The notes below the pieces were generated by a model, which did no database searches, had not been told where the DNA came from, and was given only the letters and a program-made list of their open reading frames with translations. Position numbers and translations under genes: made by a program. 64,000 nucleotides of DNA. Origin: Phyllobates terribilis. Its lineage: Eukaryota. The DNA lies in contig NW_027362769.1 of NCBI RefSeq assembly GCF_046119375.1, positions 364,994,001-365,058,000 on the forward strand, read 5' to 3'. Shown here piece by piece: positions 11,034 to 24,057 of this stretch. Position 1 is the first letter of the stretch. Every line of letters begins with the position of its first letter.

Positions 11034-12204
11034 TCAGCTGAAAACTGTGACGAAGCCCCACGGACTCTTCTTTTTTTTAGCGGATGGGTGGACCAGAGAG
11101 AAGACTGCAGAGGTGATGCGTTTCCAGGGCGGGTCTTACAGAATCTACATTAGCTCCTCCTTCCTCTGCTGATTGGCTGAACACTGAACTGCTGGGGAGT
11201 TTGAATTTCCAGTTCATTGTGCAGTTTCTGCAGTTCTTTCCAGCTTCTACTCTATGTAACTTATTTCCCTGTGAAGAGAAATATCCCAAATATTGTCATC
11301 ACCTTTCCAGATCATGGTGGAGAAATCTAATCAATGAAATTCATAGTTGGAGAAATAACCTGACAATCATAAATGAAAATGAATATATTTTTATAACATG
11401 AATACAAAACCACCAAGGACACACAACATAACAGATTTGAAGAGCAAAAACTCAACAACAAAAAAAAAACTCAGGATGTAGTGCTCTTCAATGAGAATTA
11501 ACCAGGTCTTTACTGAAAATTCCACTGAACACTGAAAGAACAATTTTACAAATATATTAATACCACATATGTGTGTTTTTTTATTTTTTAAGTTTCTCTG
11601 ATTTAAACGGGAGTAATTGGGAAGTGATTCCACCCTGTGATCATCTGTTTGCCTGTACTATGCACAGCGCTGTATACAGCTATAGTATATAGCTATAGCC
11701 ATGGTTACCTGTGAACATCAGCCGTGAGCTGGCTTATATAGACGTGCAAACATGACAGATATGAGGGTCTTCAGCAGACCCCTTGCTTTCATGACACCCC
11801 TATTCAAACTGCCCATCACACGTTCTGAGTCTTTGTGCCCACGATGCGTTTTTTAAGCGTTCCCGCAATGGCAATTCCGCTGCAGAAACGCTTAAAAAAC
11901 GCTTGATAGAAGGTCTGCCATGGTCCCCAACGATTATCCGCATGTGTTGTGCACATGCTGCGGAAATTTCTGCTGCCGATTATCATTGCGGAAAAAAACG
12001 CAGCACTACCAATTATTTTGCGAAAGAGCTGTATTTTCACCGCCATTGACTTGCACTGGAACGCTTGGATTCCACATCACTGGATCTGTACATGCGGATT
12101 CCATGCGTTTCAATGTGCGGATGTTACCCGGGTGTGCAGCACAGGAGACTCTCCTCCAGACCCAGGTACCATAGAACCTGTAAAAAAAAAGAATAAAATG
12201 AAAA

Positions 12205-12435
12205 AATAAACATTATACTTACCTTCTGATGGCCCCCGGTGTCTTTGTTCTGGCTTGCCGGCAGATCGCGGTGGACTCAAGGACATGCCATGACGTCATT
12301 TAGTCATGTGACGGGTCACGCGACCGCTGACGTTGGCAGGTCCTTTCAGTGCACCGCGAGCCGCCGGCAAGCCGAGACGCATCGAATAAAGACTCCGGGG
12401 GCCATCAGAAGGTAAGTATAAATTTATTTTTTATT
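12205..12435. mobile_element. Small foldback/MITE-like element
   Basis: Terminal inverted arms TATACTTACCTTCTGATGGCCCCCGG / CCGGGGGCCATCAGAAGGTAAGTATA. Confidence 0.6.
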
Positions 12436-13530
12436 TTTTAACATTCTTTCGGTCACACTATATAAATCTATGCCGGCTGCGTGGATTTATATAGTGTGAC
12501 CAAGTTGTCAAGCACTTTCCAGGTGATGCTAAAATCGCTTGGAAAGCGATTGACAACTCGCATGTGGAAATACATGTGAAGAACGCTTCACATCCGCTTG
12601 TCCCTGGCAGGAAAAACGCATGTACAATCCGCATGTGTTTTTTCTGCCAGGGAGATGTAGAAACTTTCAGGAAAAAATCTGGAGCATTTCTGCATCGTGG
12701 ACACATAGCCTGCATCACTGTGATAGACTGAAGAAGTTAAGCTCCTCTCAAGACTGTTGCAGGCGGATGATGGCTGAATAACTCAACCATCAACTGTCGG
12801 CAAAGATACCGGCTTAGTTCCCTACACACCAGGAGTATAATAATTAAATAACATCCTACTGGTGTATAAGCTTACACTAACATTATTCAATGGAATGGTG
12901 GCGCTAATGGTTAAGACCTATATCTGCTGCAAGAGAGGACAACTACCACAGTTGTCTGACGTTTTCAAGATAAAAAATATATAAAACAACTTGCGCTAGT
13001 GTATAGGGTATGTGGCAAGAAATAACAATGAAGATGTTAAAAATGACCAATTTTATTAAATACGTAGGTTACGAGAAGTTAAAAATCATTGTTTTAAAAG
13101 TTGGCTAGTAGGCTAAAAGCAATGGGAGGAGGGAAGATAGTCATAATGGGAGCCCTAGAAGTTTTTCCTGGTTGAGAGGCAGTTATGAGCTTCCTGGAGG
13201 GTCTTTTGATGACCAGGTAGGAGGGTCCCCCTTATATGGAGAAAAGTTAATTTGCACTCTTCTTGTCAGTTGTGGACCTCCAATGTCAGTGGACCTGTGT
13301 GGCTGCCGGTCCGTGTGGCAGAAGAAGCTTCCTCCACTATATGAATGAGCGCTTGTGGCATGGTGCAGAGAGGGGAGGTGCAGGGTCCCGGCCAGAGACC
13401 CGCCGCTCTCACCAATCTCTGTGTTTATCGGCACTCGGCGGTGCAGAAGAGAACCTGCGCGCTTGTGCACACTGGCAGCTTGAGGACCTGTGTGACGTCA
13501 CGTAGGTGAGTACCGGTACGGTGGCCTAGG

Positions 13531-13589
13531 GGGATCAGAAAGGCTGATGCGTTTCAGAAACTCCGGTTTCCTTCTTCAGAGCTGATCCC
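13531..13589 (-). ncRNA. Minimal type I hammerhead ribozyme motif in the Penelope 3' region
   Basis: GGGATCAG-CT-CTGAAGA-AG-GAAAC-CGGA-GTTTC-T-GAAA-CGCA-TC-AGCCTTT-CTGATCCC: CUGAnGA and GAAA cores with stem I and stem II. Confidence 0.65.
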
Positions 13590-13652
13590 TAGGCACTTCT
13601 GGGTCCTTTTTATAGGTCTATGGGTGGGAGTTTACCAATGGGCAGGTAGCTG

Positions 13653-14081
13653 TCACTTTTTTTTTTTTCTCTTTCCTTTTTTTTGGCCGTCAATCTTCAT
13701 TAATCGCAACAGTTCGATTTCTGAGTTCAAGCCTCTAGGTTTTAGAGAGTCAAACATAAAGATCCATTTACTCTCAACTCGAGACATTTGTTTTGGGTAG
13801 TCACCTTTCCACCATTGTTTTGGCACGTTTTGTATAGCTGTCACCACAGTTCCTGCTATGGAACCCCCATGTTTTTCAGCATAGTGTTTTGAAAGTGGGT
13901 GCCCGTCAAACTTGGTGGTGATATTCCGTAGGTGTTCATTAATGGGGCATTTCGTTCTGCCTACGTATAGTTTTTTGCACGGACATTTTAAGCAATAAAT
14001 AACCCCCTCTCTTGTGCATGTAATTAAATCTGGTATGGTATGTGTTACGTCTCTTTCGGTTATTATTTTTTGTTTTTTCAT
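13653..14081 (-). pseudogene. Penelope GIY-YIG endonuclease fragment
   Basis: GVIYCLKCPCKKLYVGRT motif downstream of RT fragments. Confidence 0.8.
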
Positions 14082-16225
14082 ATTTAGTTTTTTTCATACT
14101 GTGCATTTTTGACATGGGAAGAAGCCGCAGATATCTTTAGTAAAGGAGAGGGTTCCATTTTTTAGGGGGGTAATTTTGGACTGTGGCACAAGATTTCCCA
14201 GGTTGCATGCTTTCTTGTATATAAAGCGTGGGTTCTTTGCTAGTTTGTCACCAATAATCTTTTCATTTTGTAGGATACTCCAGTGTTTTTTAATGATTCT
14301 CTTTAGTAAATGTGTATTTGAGTTATAGGGTGTCATAATGGGTACATTCAAATCATTAGATGCTACCTGAATCGTTCTAGTGGGGCACTTTAGAATGTTT
14401 TCACGTGGAATTTGTTTTACTAGATTTTTGGTTGAGGTGAGGAAATGGGGGTCATATCCTTTATTTTGGAATTTGGTGGTTAGTACTCCTGCTTCCTCCT
14501 CAAAGTATTTGGTATCTGAACAGTTTCTATGAAGTCGCATAAATTGGCTCTTTGGGATGTTGAATAACCAACTAGGGAGGTGGCAACTGTCCAGGGAGAT
14601 GTAGCTGTTTGCATCTGTGGGTTTGGTAAAAGTGCAGTTGTGGATCTGATTATCACGTACATGGATATTGAGGTCAAGAAAATTGATTTGTTGGGTACTC
14701 GTGGTTGAGGTAAAATGTAAAGTCATTCTGGTTAATCTCCTCAATGAATTTGTCCAGAGAGAGTTGGTTGCCAGACCAAATAAAAATGATCTCATCGATA
14801 AAGCGATGCCATAGGACCAGGTTCGATCTCAGCGACCCACCCGGGTAGATGGTGGAGTCTTCCCATTTTCCGACGTATAGGTTTGCATAACTGGGCGTGA
14901 ACCTGGTCCCCATCACTGTGCCCCATTGCTGGGTATAGTAGTTCTTCCCGTGTTTGAAGTAATTGTGTGAAAGAATGAAATGCATACATTCATTGATGAA
15001 TGAAATCTGGTACTCCGGTAGTTTATTCTGTTTTTTTTAGGAAATATGGAGCCGCTTGGCATCCTTTTTTATGTTGGATTACTGTATATAGTGATGTGAT
15101 GTCAAGGGTGCCGAGGATGTAATTTTCCTCCCATGTGACTTGTTTTAGTAGGCGTAGTACATGTTGGCTGTCCTTGATGTAGGCCGGTAGGCGTGGGACC
15201 AAGTCATGTAGATGGTTGTCAATGTATCTGGAAAGGTTTGCAGTGAGGCACTGTATCCCTGAGATGATGGGTCTTCCTCTTGGATTGGTAAGAGATTTGT
15301 GAATCTTAGGAAGATAATAGAACACGGCTAATCTAGGTGATCGAATGTTAATATAGTCAAATTCTGCTTTATTCATAAAACCTGCTTCTAGTCCCTTTTT
15401 GGTAAGTTGTCTCTATTTGTTATAGTAGGTAGAGGTAGGGTCGTTAGCAAGTACCTTAGTGCCTCATTTTGATAATGTTTGCTATCTATGATGACGAGGC
15501 CTCCTCCTTTATCTGCAGGGCGTATGATTATGTCATGGTTGTTTTGTAGGGATTTTATTGCCTTTCGTTTAGCCATGCTTAGATTATTTTTCCGTTTTGT
15601 GCATCTTTTATCACTGAGTGTACGTATTTCGGTAATTACATTATGCTGGAAGCTTTCAAAGGCTGCCGAGTATTCGTTGAGAGGGTGTGTATCAGGGCTG
15701 GCGTCACCTCCCTGCGCACCCGGGCAAGTGCCGGGGCCCTGGACTAACAGAGGGGCCCACTGGCAGTCTGGGACAACGCTGCTCACTCTGGGAGTGTCTA
15801 AAATGGAGTTTCTCCCGGGAGGTGATGATGCGATTGGAAGGGATGGTGTCTCCTCCAGTTCAGTCCCCACCGATACCAGGAAGCAGCGTGGTGCTGCTGA
15901 GGCTGCTGTATATGAGGTGATGCTTCACTACAGATCCTAGGAGGGCTGAGGAGCTGCATAAGTGGTCAGTGTGGAGACAGAAATTATGTATTTAGTTTTT
16001 ATGTATAGGACAAAGTGTAAATGGTCTGATACTGTGTTTTGGGGGCATAAAAATGTGGATCAGGTTGCTACATGAGGGTTGCATGTAGTGGGTCTTGCAC
16101 ACAGAATGTGCACAGTTCTGCAGGTTGTGAGGGCTTACATAACTAAAGGTGTGATGTTGAGGGTCTTGCACATAGAGGGTAGTGATGCATACATGTGCTG
16201 GATGTTGTGGGGCCTTTCACAGGGA

Positions 16226-16682
16226 AGGGATTGTCCACTGCTAGAACAACCCCTGTTCATACCCCACGCTTGGCCCAGATAAAATAAAAAAGCCTATACT
16301 CAGCTCTGATGCCGTTTCAGCGGTGTCCGTACGAGCGGGCTCTGGGCTCCCGTGCGGTTGTTGTGTCACGTGACCCCAGCACCCAGTCAGCGCTGGCGTC
16401 ACTGTTCCCACCTTCGTACAAACTGAACATGAAGAGGAAGTCTGAGATCAGCCACAGCCCTGACTTCCTGTTGATGTTCGATTTGTACGAAGGTGGGGAC
16501 AGTGACGCCAGCGCTGACTGGTCGCCGGGGTCACGTGTCACAACAACCGCACGGGAGCCCAGAGACCACTCGTACCGACACCGCTGAAACGGCATCAGAG
16601 CTGAGCATAGGCTTTTTTATTTTATCTGGGCCAAGCGTGGAATATGAAAAGGGTTTGCCCTAGGAGCGGATAACCCCTTTAA
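16226..16682. mobile_element. Palindromic MITE (TTAA-ending, T2/Kolobok-like)
   Basis: About 170-bp near-perfect inverted arms around 16445-16460; right end GGATAACCCCTTTAA. Confidence 0.65.
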
Positions 16683-18317
16683 TGCAGTATGTTGTGGGTC
16701 TTGCACAGGGAAGGGGGGGAAGATGATGTACATGAAATGTGCTGATGCTTTATGCACAGGACTGCCTGCATGTTGTGGGGCTTGCACAGTGAAGGGGGTG
16801 ATGCATGTGTGACGCCTCTACTCAGAGAAGCCCGTGTTTTACCCTGGGTGATGGGGGACTCGGTGTCGGGCCCTGTGATGGAGAGATGGGATGCAGCCGT
16901 GGCCTGGGCCTGACTCGTGCTCAGGGCCGTCACATTAGAAAGAGATGCTGTGGGCTTGTCCGGGTTGAGTGGCTTATTTTAATGACTACGCCACCTGTGG
17001 TGCCTGGTGAAGGGTCACCAGCGCCGCTGCAGTCCGCTGAGGCCCGGTGTCATGGCGGCTAAAGTTCTCGCTGCTCCCCACAGGCGGAGCAAGGCCTCAG
17101 GGCAGGCAAACAGGAAAGAGAGGGGGTAGTAGTGTTGGGAGTACGGGCACCGCGTCGCATGGTATGCCGCGTAATGAACAGTCCGGAGGCCATAGGGGTG
17201 AACTTCCAATGCTTTACTCACTTAGAGATGTCAGCGGGAAGGCGTCTCCCTGCTCCCTGCGGAGTCCTGCGGCCACCAGGGACGGGGGTCCGACTACCTC
17301 CGAGAAAGTCCAGTGTTCGGTAGCGACCCTACACCAGAGTGTTCCTGCACTATAAACTTCACCTTTTCCCGTCTGTGCGTGTGTAGATAGGCCGGGTCTC
17401 CCTCTGAGCTCCTCTCAGGACTAGGGCACGGGTGGCAATTCCTCTCCATCCGATGCCCGGTGGGATCCTCAGGGCCTAACCGGGCTTTCCCGTCCAGGAC
17501 ATAGAGTACAAGGTCGGGTGTCGAGGGCCGGTACCCCTCTTGCAGCCGGAATCCCTCTGAATAGATCAGGTAGTCGAGGACAGGTGGCGTGCTCCGCTCC
17601 GTCTGCATCCTCCCCGGGACCCATTTTCTGGGGAGCCACACTCTAAAGCTCCCAGGGCCTTCTTGATCCTGGTCCTTGGCCGGGTTGAGACATTACTTGT
17701 CTACAACCTACCTCTCGTCCCAAGGCCAGGGTACGAGGGCTGTGTCCCTTACCGGCGCAGGCCCACACAGGATCTGCGCTCCCGGAGGGAAGTCACATTA
17801 CACACAGTATTTTGACTGCAAAGAGACAGCCGACAGACTAGCAAAGGCTAGACAAAGGACCAGAGAAGAACAACAGACCAAGATCAAAGATGGCTTTCTA
17901 TTAAATATGAAATTTAAGGTGTAACTAACTTGTAAGTCCTCCACCCACACCCACTAACTGCTTCCTACCACTTTGTGTTCCCCAGTCTCCCTGTAACCAG
18001 GGGAGCAACACCTAGTGCATACTAGCTCCCTCTGGTGGAGAAGTGTGGTGTTGGATGCAAGGCTGGGTCGCGACCATCACACCGGGCTTACCTCAGAGGA
18101 GGAACACTACACTCCATTAGAGAAGCGCAGCATTCCTGTGGCGGTCGAACCCTCAGGGGCGCCACATTACCCCCTGGTAAAACACAGCACGTCCGCGGGC
18201 TGCAAAAGAAGCAACACCCAGGATGTTTTCTTTTTATGATAACATGCAAAACTATCATCCCTTTATGGGAGGCACATTTCTTAAACGTTACATAACAAGG
18301 TGAATAGTATAAAAGTA

Positions 18318-20351
18318 TCTACTATATAATTGTCTTATCCCGTCTGTCTGTCTGTCTGTCTGTCTATCTGTCTGTCTTTCTGTCTGTCTGTCTTTCTGTC
18401 TGTCTGTCTGTCCTGGAAATCCCGCGTCGCTCATTGGTCCGGCAGAGGCCAATCAGCGCCGCGGGATTTCTAAAAAAAGATGGCGGCCGTTAGCGGCTCA
18501 TCTGACGGACGGAGGTCAGCGGCGATGCAGCGGGGAGATGAGCGGCGCTAGCAGCACAACTACCCCGACCGGCGCCGCTGAACTCCATGCGACTAACGTC
18601 GGAAGATCAGCGGCTTGGCCCGCTGATCTCCCGACAGCAAGTGTGAACGGAGGACCGGGGAGCGGCGCCGCTGGTCGGGATGCTTCTGCTGTGAGCAGCC
18701 GCTCATCTCCCAGCTTCTCGCAGCAGAAGGAGCCGCACAAGCAGCGCCGCTCCCCGGTCCTCGCTAATACGGAGCTGCACAAGCAGCGCCGCTCCCGGGC
18801 CCACACTAATACCACGCTGATTGGTCGCGGTGGCCGGCCGCGACCAATCAGCGAGATGGGCGGCAAATTTAAACGCCGCTCTGCTGATTGGTTGCTGCCG
18901 GCCACCGCGACCAATCAGCGAGATGTCCGGCAAATTTAAACGCCGCTGTGCTGATTGGTCGCGGCCGGCTACCGCGACCAATCAGCGAGATGGACGGCAA
19001 ATTTAAACGCCGCTCTGCTGATTGGTCGCGGTAGCCGGCCGTGACCAATCAGCGAGATGGGTGGCAAATTTAAACGTTGCTCTGCTGATTGGTCGCGGCC
19101 GGCCACCGCGACCAATCAGCGAGATGTCCGGCAAATTTAAACGCCGCTCTGCTGATTCGTCGCGGTGGCCGGCAGTCCGCGACCAATCAGCGAGATTGGC
19201 GCCAAATTTAAACAACGCTCTGCTGATTGGTCGCTGACGCCAGACGCGACCAATCAGCGAGATTGGCGCCAAATTTAAACAACGCTCTGCTGATTGGTCG
19301 CGGACGGCAGACGCGACCAATCAGCGAGATTGGCGCCAAATTTAAACAACGCTCTGCTGATCGGTTGCGGTGGCCGGCCGCGACCAATCAGTGATTTTGG
19401 TGCCAATTTGAAACACCGCTCTCCTGATTGGTCGCGGTCACCGGCCGCGACCAATGAGCAGTATTGGCGCCAAATTTAAACCCCGCTCTGCTGATTGGTC
19501 GCCACCGCTGGCCACGACCAATCAGCGATTTTGGTGCCAAATTTAAACAACGCTCTGCTGATTGGTCGCGGTCGCCAGCCGCAAACAATCAGCAGTATTG
19601 GCGCAAAATTTAAACCCTGCTTTGCTGATTGGTCGCGACTGCCGGGCGCGACCAATCAGCGATTTTGGCGCCAAATGTAATCTCCGCTCTGCTGATTGGT
19701 CGCCAGCCGCGACCAATCAGCAGTATTGGGGCCAAATTTAAACCTCACTCTGCTGATTAGTCGCAACCACCTGTCGTGACCAATCAGCGATATTGGCGCC
19801 AAATTTAAACACCGCTTCGCTAATTGGTCGTGGTGGCCGGCCGCGACCAATCAGCGATATTGGCACCATATTTAAACACCGCTCTGCTCATTGGTCGCGG
19901 TTACCAGTCACGAATAACCAGCATTATTGGCGACAAATTTAAACACCGCTCTGCTGATTAGTCGCGGCCGTAACCAATCACCATTACTGGCGCCAAATTT
20001 AAATAACGCTCTGCTGATTGGTCGCGACCGCCGGCCGCAACCAATCAGCATTATTGCCGCCAAATTTAAACCTCACTCTGCTGATTGGTCACGTTCGCTG
20101 GCCGCGACCAATCAGCATTATTGGCGCCAAATTTAAACCCCGCTCTGCTGATTAGTCGCGACCGCCGGCCGTGACCAATCTGCGATATAGGCGCCAAGTT
20201 TTAACACCGCTTTGCTAATTGGTCGCGGTTGCTAGCCTCGACCAATCAGCGATTTTGGCACCAAATTTTAAAACCGCTCTGCTGATTGCGCCCGGTCGGC
20301 CGCATACCTATTCTAGAATACCCGATGCGTTAGAATCGGGCCAACATCTAG
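18318..20351 (+). mobile_element. Non-autonomous Helitron with a ~67-bp hairpin array
   Basis: A|TCTACTATATAA 5' end; hairpin CCCGAT..ATCGGG at 20321-20340; CTAG|T 3' end; no TSD. Confidence 0.85.
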
Positions 20352-20751
20352 TAAAATTATAAAAGTGCTAGCATTTTTCCAGAGACATTATTGCAGACAG
20401 ACAGGTAAAGTGCAAGGACACCGAGTCAGTTCAGAAGTGCGAGGGACCGGTCCTAAACCCTCCACGTTGGCCCTGGGGTGGCTGCAAGGCATGCAGATCC
20501 AGAGTTGGACCTCCCGGAGAGCCACCCTAACAGGTTTTTCTTCTGAGGTTTTGAGGTAGAGAATATCCGCGGTTTTGCATAAAACCAATATGGAGCACCT
20601 AAGGAGATGCAAACTATATACAGGGTGAAAGAGTCTGTCTGCTAGTCCGCAGGGACAGGTGTCTCTAGAAACCGGGTTAGAAATTAAGCATAATAGGAAA
20701 AGTCAACTTTTAAACTTGTAAACAAAACTGCAACAACAGCCGGGGGCTGCT

Positions 20752-20913
20752 TTAAACTTCGGGTTGCCGTCTTGGAAAGGGCTCATTCCTCCCGACGGTG
20801 GCTAGCCGGTCCCCTGAGGCTGAGCGCGGGGTGGCGTCACTCCCGGACACTTTGTGTACGTCCAGGGCGTACCACCCACGCTCCCCCTGGTGGCGAGTGA
20901 AAGTCACTGTGTC
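20752..20913 (-). pseudogene. Cold-shock-domain protein of element D, C-terminal part (strands beta4-beta5)
   Basis: Manual translation just past the CR1 tail: DTVTFTRHQGERGWYALDVHKV...PEV*. Confidence 0.7.
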
Positions 20914-21122
20914 ACATAGGTGTCACATAGTTAGTAAAGCCGAATAAAGACTTGCGTCCATCAAGTTCGACCTGTTAGGTCTGTAATTGCTAAAGTTGAT
21001 CCAGAGGAGGGCAAAAACCCCAAATGATTTGGCCAATCTTCACCTGAGGAAAAATTCCCTCCCGACTCTGAAACCAGCAGTCAGAATAAATCCCTGTATC
21101 AACCTACTATTTTATTCTATTG

Positions 21123-24023
21123 TTAAGTATATGCAGAAATCTGCCTGGTATCTAGAAAAGCATCCAGTCCCCGCTTGAACTGGTGTAGTGAATCCGACAT
21201 TACCGTCTCCTCACTCAGTGAATTCCATATTCTCACTGCTCTTACCGTAAAGAACCACTTCCTATGCTGGTGCTGAAACCTTTTCTCTTCCAGTCTTAGT
21301 GAATGCCCTCTTGTTACCGTAATATCCCTCCTTTTGAACAAATCCCGGGCAAGGTCTCTATACTGTCCCCTAACATATTTGTACACATTTATTATGTCCC
21401 CCCTCAACCTTCTCTTTTCCAGGCTGAATAGTCCTAGTTTTGCCAACCTCTCTGGGTATTGCAGTCCCTCCATTCCCCTTATTAATTTTGTTGCCCTCCT
21501 TTGTACCTTTTCAAGCTCATTTATATCCTTTCTATATATTGGGGCCCATAACTGAGCACAGTATTCCAAGTGTGGTCTGACCAGTGCTTTGTACAGTGGA
21601 AGAACAATGTTCTCATCCTTTGCAGCTATACCTCTTCTGATACATCCCATTACCCTGTTTGCCCTTACAGCAGCGGCCTGACTTTGGGCACTCCAATTTA
21701 GTTTGCTATCAATCAAGATGCCCAAGTCCTTCTCCATCTCTGAATTCCCCAATGATTTCCCATTCAGTGAGTACTGGTGACTTCCATTTTTCCTTCCCAT
21801 ATGTATGACCTTACATTTCTCCTCGTTAAACCTCATTTGCCATTTAATGCTCCACCTACCCAGCTTATCCAAATCCCTCTGTAGGTCTGCACTGTCCTCT
21901 TTTGTATTAATTGTTTTACATAACTTTGTGTCATCTGCAAATATTGATATTTTACTATTTATCCCGTTGACTATGTCGTTAATAAAGATATTAAATAACA
22001 TTGGGCCTAGTACAGACCCCTGTGGTACCCCACTAGTGACGCTTACCCAATCTGAGTATATTCCATTTATAACCACCCTCTGCCTTCTATCCTTTAGCCA
22101 GTTAGCTACCCACTTGCAGACATTTTCCCCCAGCCCCATCATTCTCATTTTGTATACCAACCTATTATGTGGCACGCTATCGAACGCTTTTGAGAAGTCG
22201 AGATACACGACATCCACTGGTTCCCCCTGATCTACTCGAGAGCTCACCTCCTCGTAGAAGTCAATCAGGTTTGTTTGGCAGGAGCGATTCCTCATGAATC
22301 CATGTTGGTTCGGGGTTAATAGATTATTAGCATCAAGATGCTCCATGATTGCCTCATTAATAAAGCCTTCAAAAATTTTGCCCACAACGGACGTCAGACT
22401 CACCGGCCGATAGTTTCCGGTGATACTTTTTGCTCCCTTTTTGAATATTGGCACTACATTCGCCTGTCGCCAATCAAGTGGTACAGACCCAGTCTCAACA
22501 GAGTCCTTAAATATAAGATATAATGGTCTGTCTATCACATTACTTAGTTCCCTTAGTACCCGTGGGTGTATGCCATCAGGTCCTGGTGATTTGTTTATTT
22601 TAATGTTACTGAGGCGTTTCTGTACCCCAGCTTGGGTTAGATTTGTCATACTTAGTGGAGGATTAAGCTTGTCACTTCTCATTTCGCCTGTTAGTTCTTT
22701 TTCCTTTGTGAAAGTTGACGAAAAAAATTTATTTAATAGATTAGCTTTATCCTCATCTTTCTCTATGATTTTGCCTTCATCACTTTTTATCGGTCCAATA
22801 TTATTCAATTTAATCCTTTTACTATTTATATACGTAAAGAACAGTTTGGGATTTGATCTACTTTCCCTAGCAATACGTCTCTCTGTTTCCTCCTTTGCTA
22901 TTTTTATTTGTTTTTTGCAGGTTCTCGTTTTTTCCTTGTAACACATTAGTGCCTCCTTACTGTTTTCCTGTTTTAATCTCTTGAATGCCTCTTTTTTGCT
23001 ATTTAACGCCCCTTTTACGTTCTTATTCAACCATATTGGTTTCCTCTTATTTCTGGCCCTTTTATTCCCATACGGTATATACCTCTCGCACTGAGTATTC
23101 AGAATTCTTTTGAAGGTTTCCCATTTACTATTCGTATTTCCTTGATTAAGAACTTTGTCCCAGTCTATAAGTTGAAGGTTTTCTTTCAGCTGATCAAACT
23201 TCGCCCTCCTAAAGTTTAATGTTTTAGTTGTTCCCTTATTGATAACCCTACTGAAGGGCATTTTGAAATTGATAATATTATGATCGTTATTACCTAGGTG
23301 CCCCCCTATCTGTACCTCAGTTATTCTATCAGGCCTATTAGTCAATATTAAGTCCAACACTGCCTTCCCTCTCGTTGGTTCCTGCACTAGTTGGGAGAGA
23401 TAATTATCCTTGATATTTGTCAAGAACCTTTTTCCTTTCTGCGATCTACAGGTTTCTGTTTCCCAGTCAATATCCGGGTAGTTGAAGTCCCCCATTACAA
23501 TCACCTCATTATGTTTTGCTACTTTGTCTATTTGTCCTAATAGCAGTTTCTCATTCTCATCTGTTATATTGGGTGGCTTATAGCAGACCCCCAGTAATAT
23601 TTTATTATTATTTTTTGCCCCCTCTATCTCTACCCACATGGACTCGACCCCCTCTTCTCCCTCTCCTATATCTTCCCTTAGTCTGGGCTTTAGACGTGAC
23701 TTTACATATAAGCAGACTCCTCCGCCCTTCCCCTGTTTCCGGTCCCTTCTAAATAAACTATAATCTGTTAAATTTACCGCCCAGTCGTAGCTATCGTCTA
23801 GCCAAGTCTCTGTTATACCTACGATGTCATACCTCTCCTCCGATATAAGCGCCCGCAGCTCATCCGCCTTATTGGTCAGGCTTCTTGCGTTGGTCAGCAT
23901 GCAAGATAAAACTTTGGGGTTATTTAGCATCCTATTCTTCTCTAACGATCTAACTGTACTATCCCCACCCACCTCTCCACCCTCATTATATTCACTTCTC
24001 CCCTTCCCCCTTGCTTGCCTCAC
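21123..24023 (-). CDS. CR1 ORF2: APE endonuclease plus reverse transcriptase
   Basis: 966-aa uninterrupted ORF; GITETW, GDFN, YLDFSKAFD, GVPQGSVLGP, FADD motifs. Confidence 0.95.
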   Translation of the reverse strand: MRQARGKGRSEYNEGGEVGGDSTVRSLEKNRMLNNPKVLSCMLTNARSLTNKADELRALISEERYDIVGITETWLDDSYDWAVNLTDYSLFRRDRKQGKGGGVCLYVKSRLKPRLREDIGEGEEGVESMWVEIEGAKNNNKILLGVCYKPPNITDENEKLLLGQIDKVAKHNEVIVMGDFNYPDIDWETETCRSQKGKRFLTNIKDNYLSQLVQEPTRGKAVLDLILTNRPDRITEVQIGGHLGNNDHNIINFKMPFSRVINKGTTKTLNFRRAKFDQLKENLQLIDWDKVLNQGNTNSKWETFKRILNTQCERYIPYGNKRARNKRKPIWLNKNVKGALNSKKEAFKRLKQENSKEALMCYKEKTRTCKKQIKIAKEETERRIARESRSNPKLFFTYINSKRIKLNNIGPIKSDEGKIIEKDEDKANLLNKFFSSTFTKEKELTGEMRSDKLNPPLSMTNLTQAGVQKRLSNIKINKSPGPDGIHPRVLRELSNVIDRPLYLIFKDSVETGSVPLDWRQANVVPIFKKGAKSITGNYRPVSLTSVVGKIFEGFINEAIMEHLDANNLLTPNQHGFMRNRSCQTNLIDFYEEVSSRVDQGEPVDVVYLDFSKAFDSVPHNRLVYKMRMMGLGENVCKWVANWLKDRRQRVVINGIYSDWVSVTSGVPQGSVLGPMLFNIFINDIVNGINSKISIFADDTKLCKTINTKEDSADLQRDLDKLGRWSIKWQMRFNEEKCKVIHMGRKNGSHQYSLNGKSLGNSEMEKDLGILIDSKLNWSAQSQAAAVRANRVMGCIRRGIAAKDENIVLPLYKALVRPHLEYCAQLWAPIYRKDINELEKVQRRATKLIRGMEGLQYPERLAKLGLFSLEKRRLRGDIINVYKYVRGQYRDLARDLFKRRDITVTRGHSLRLEEKRFQHQHRKWFFTVRAVRIWNSLSEETVMSDSLHQFKRGLDAFLDTRQISAYT

Positions 24024-24057
24024 ATCCCACCTATTTCCGTGGTTTCCCCCCCCATCT

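Noticed and set aside
18810-20300. CRISPR-like palindromic repeat array (also 32880-35580 and 38860-39520)
   Set aside because: Units are contiguous with no unique spacers, no cas genes are present, and the context is vertebrate.
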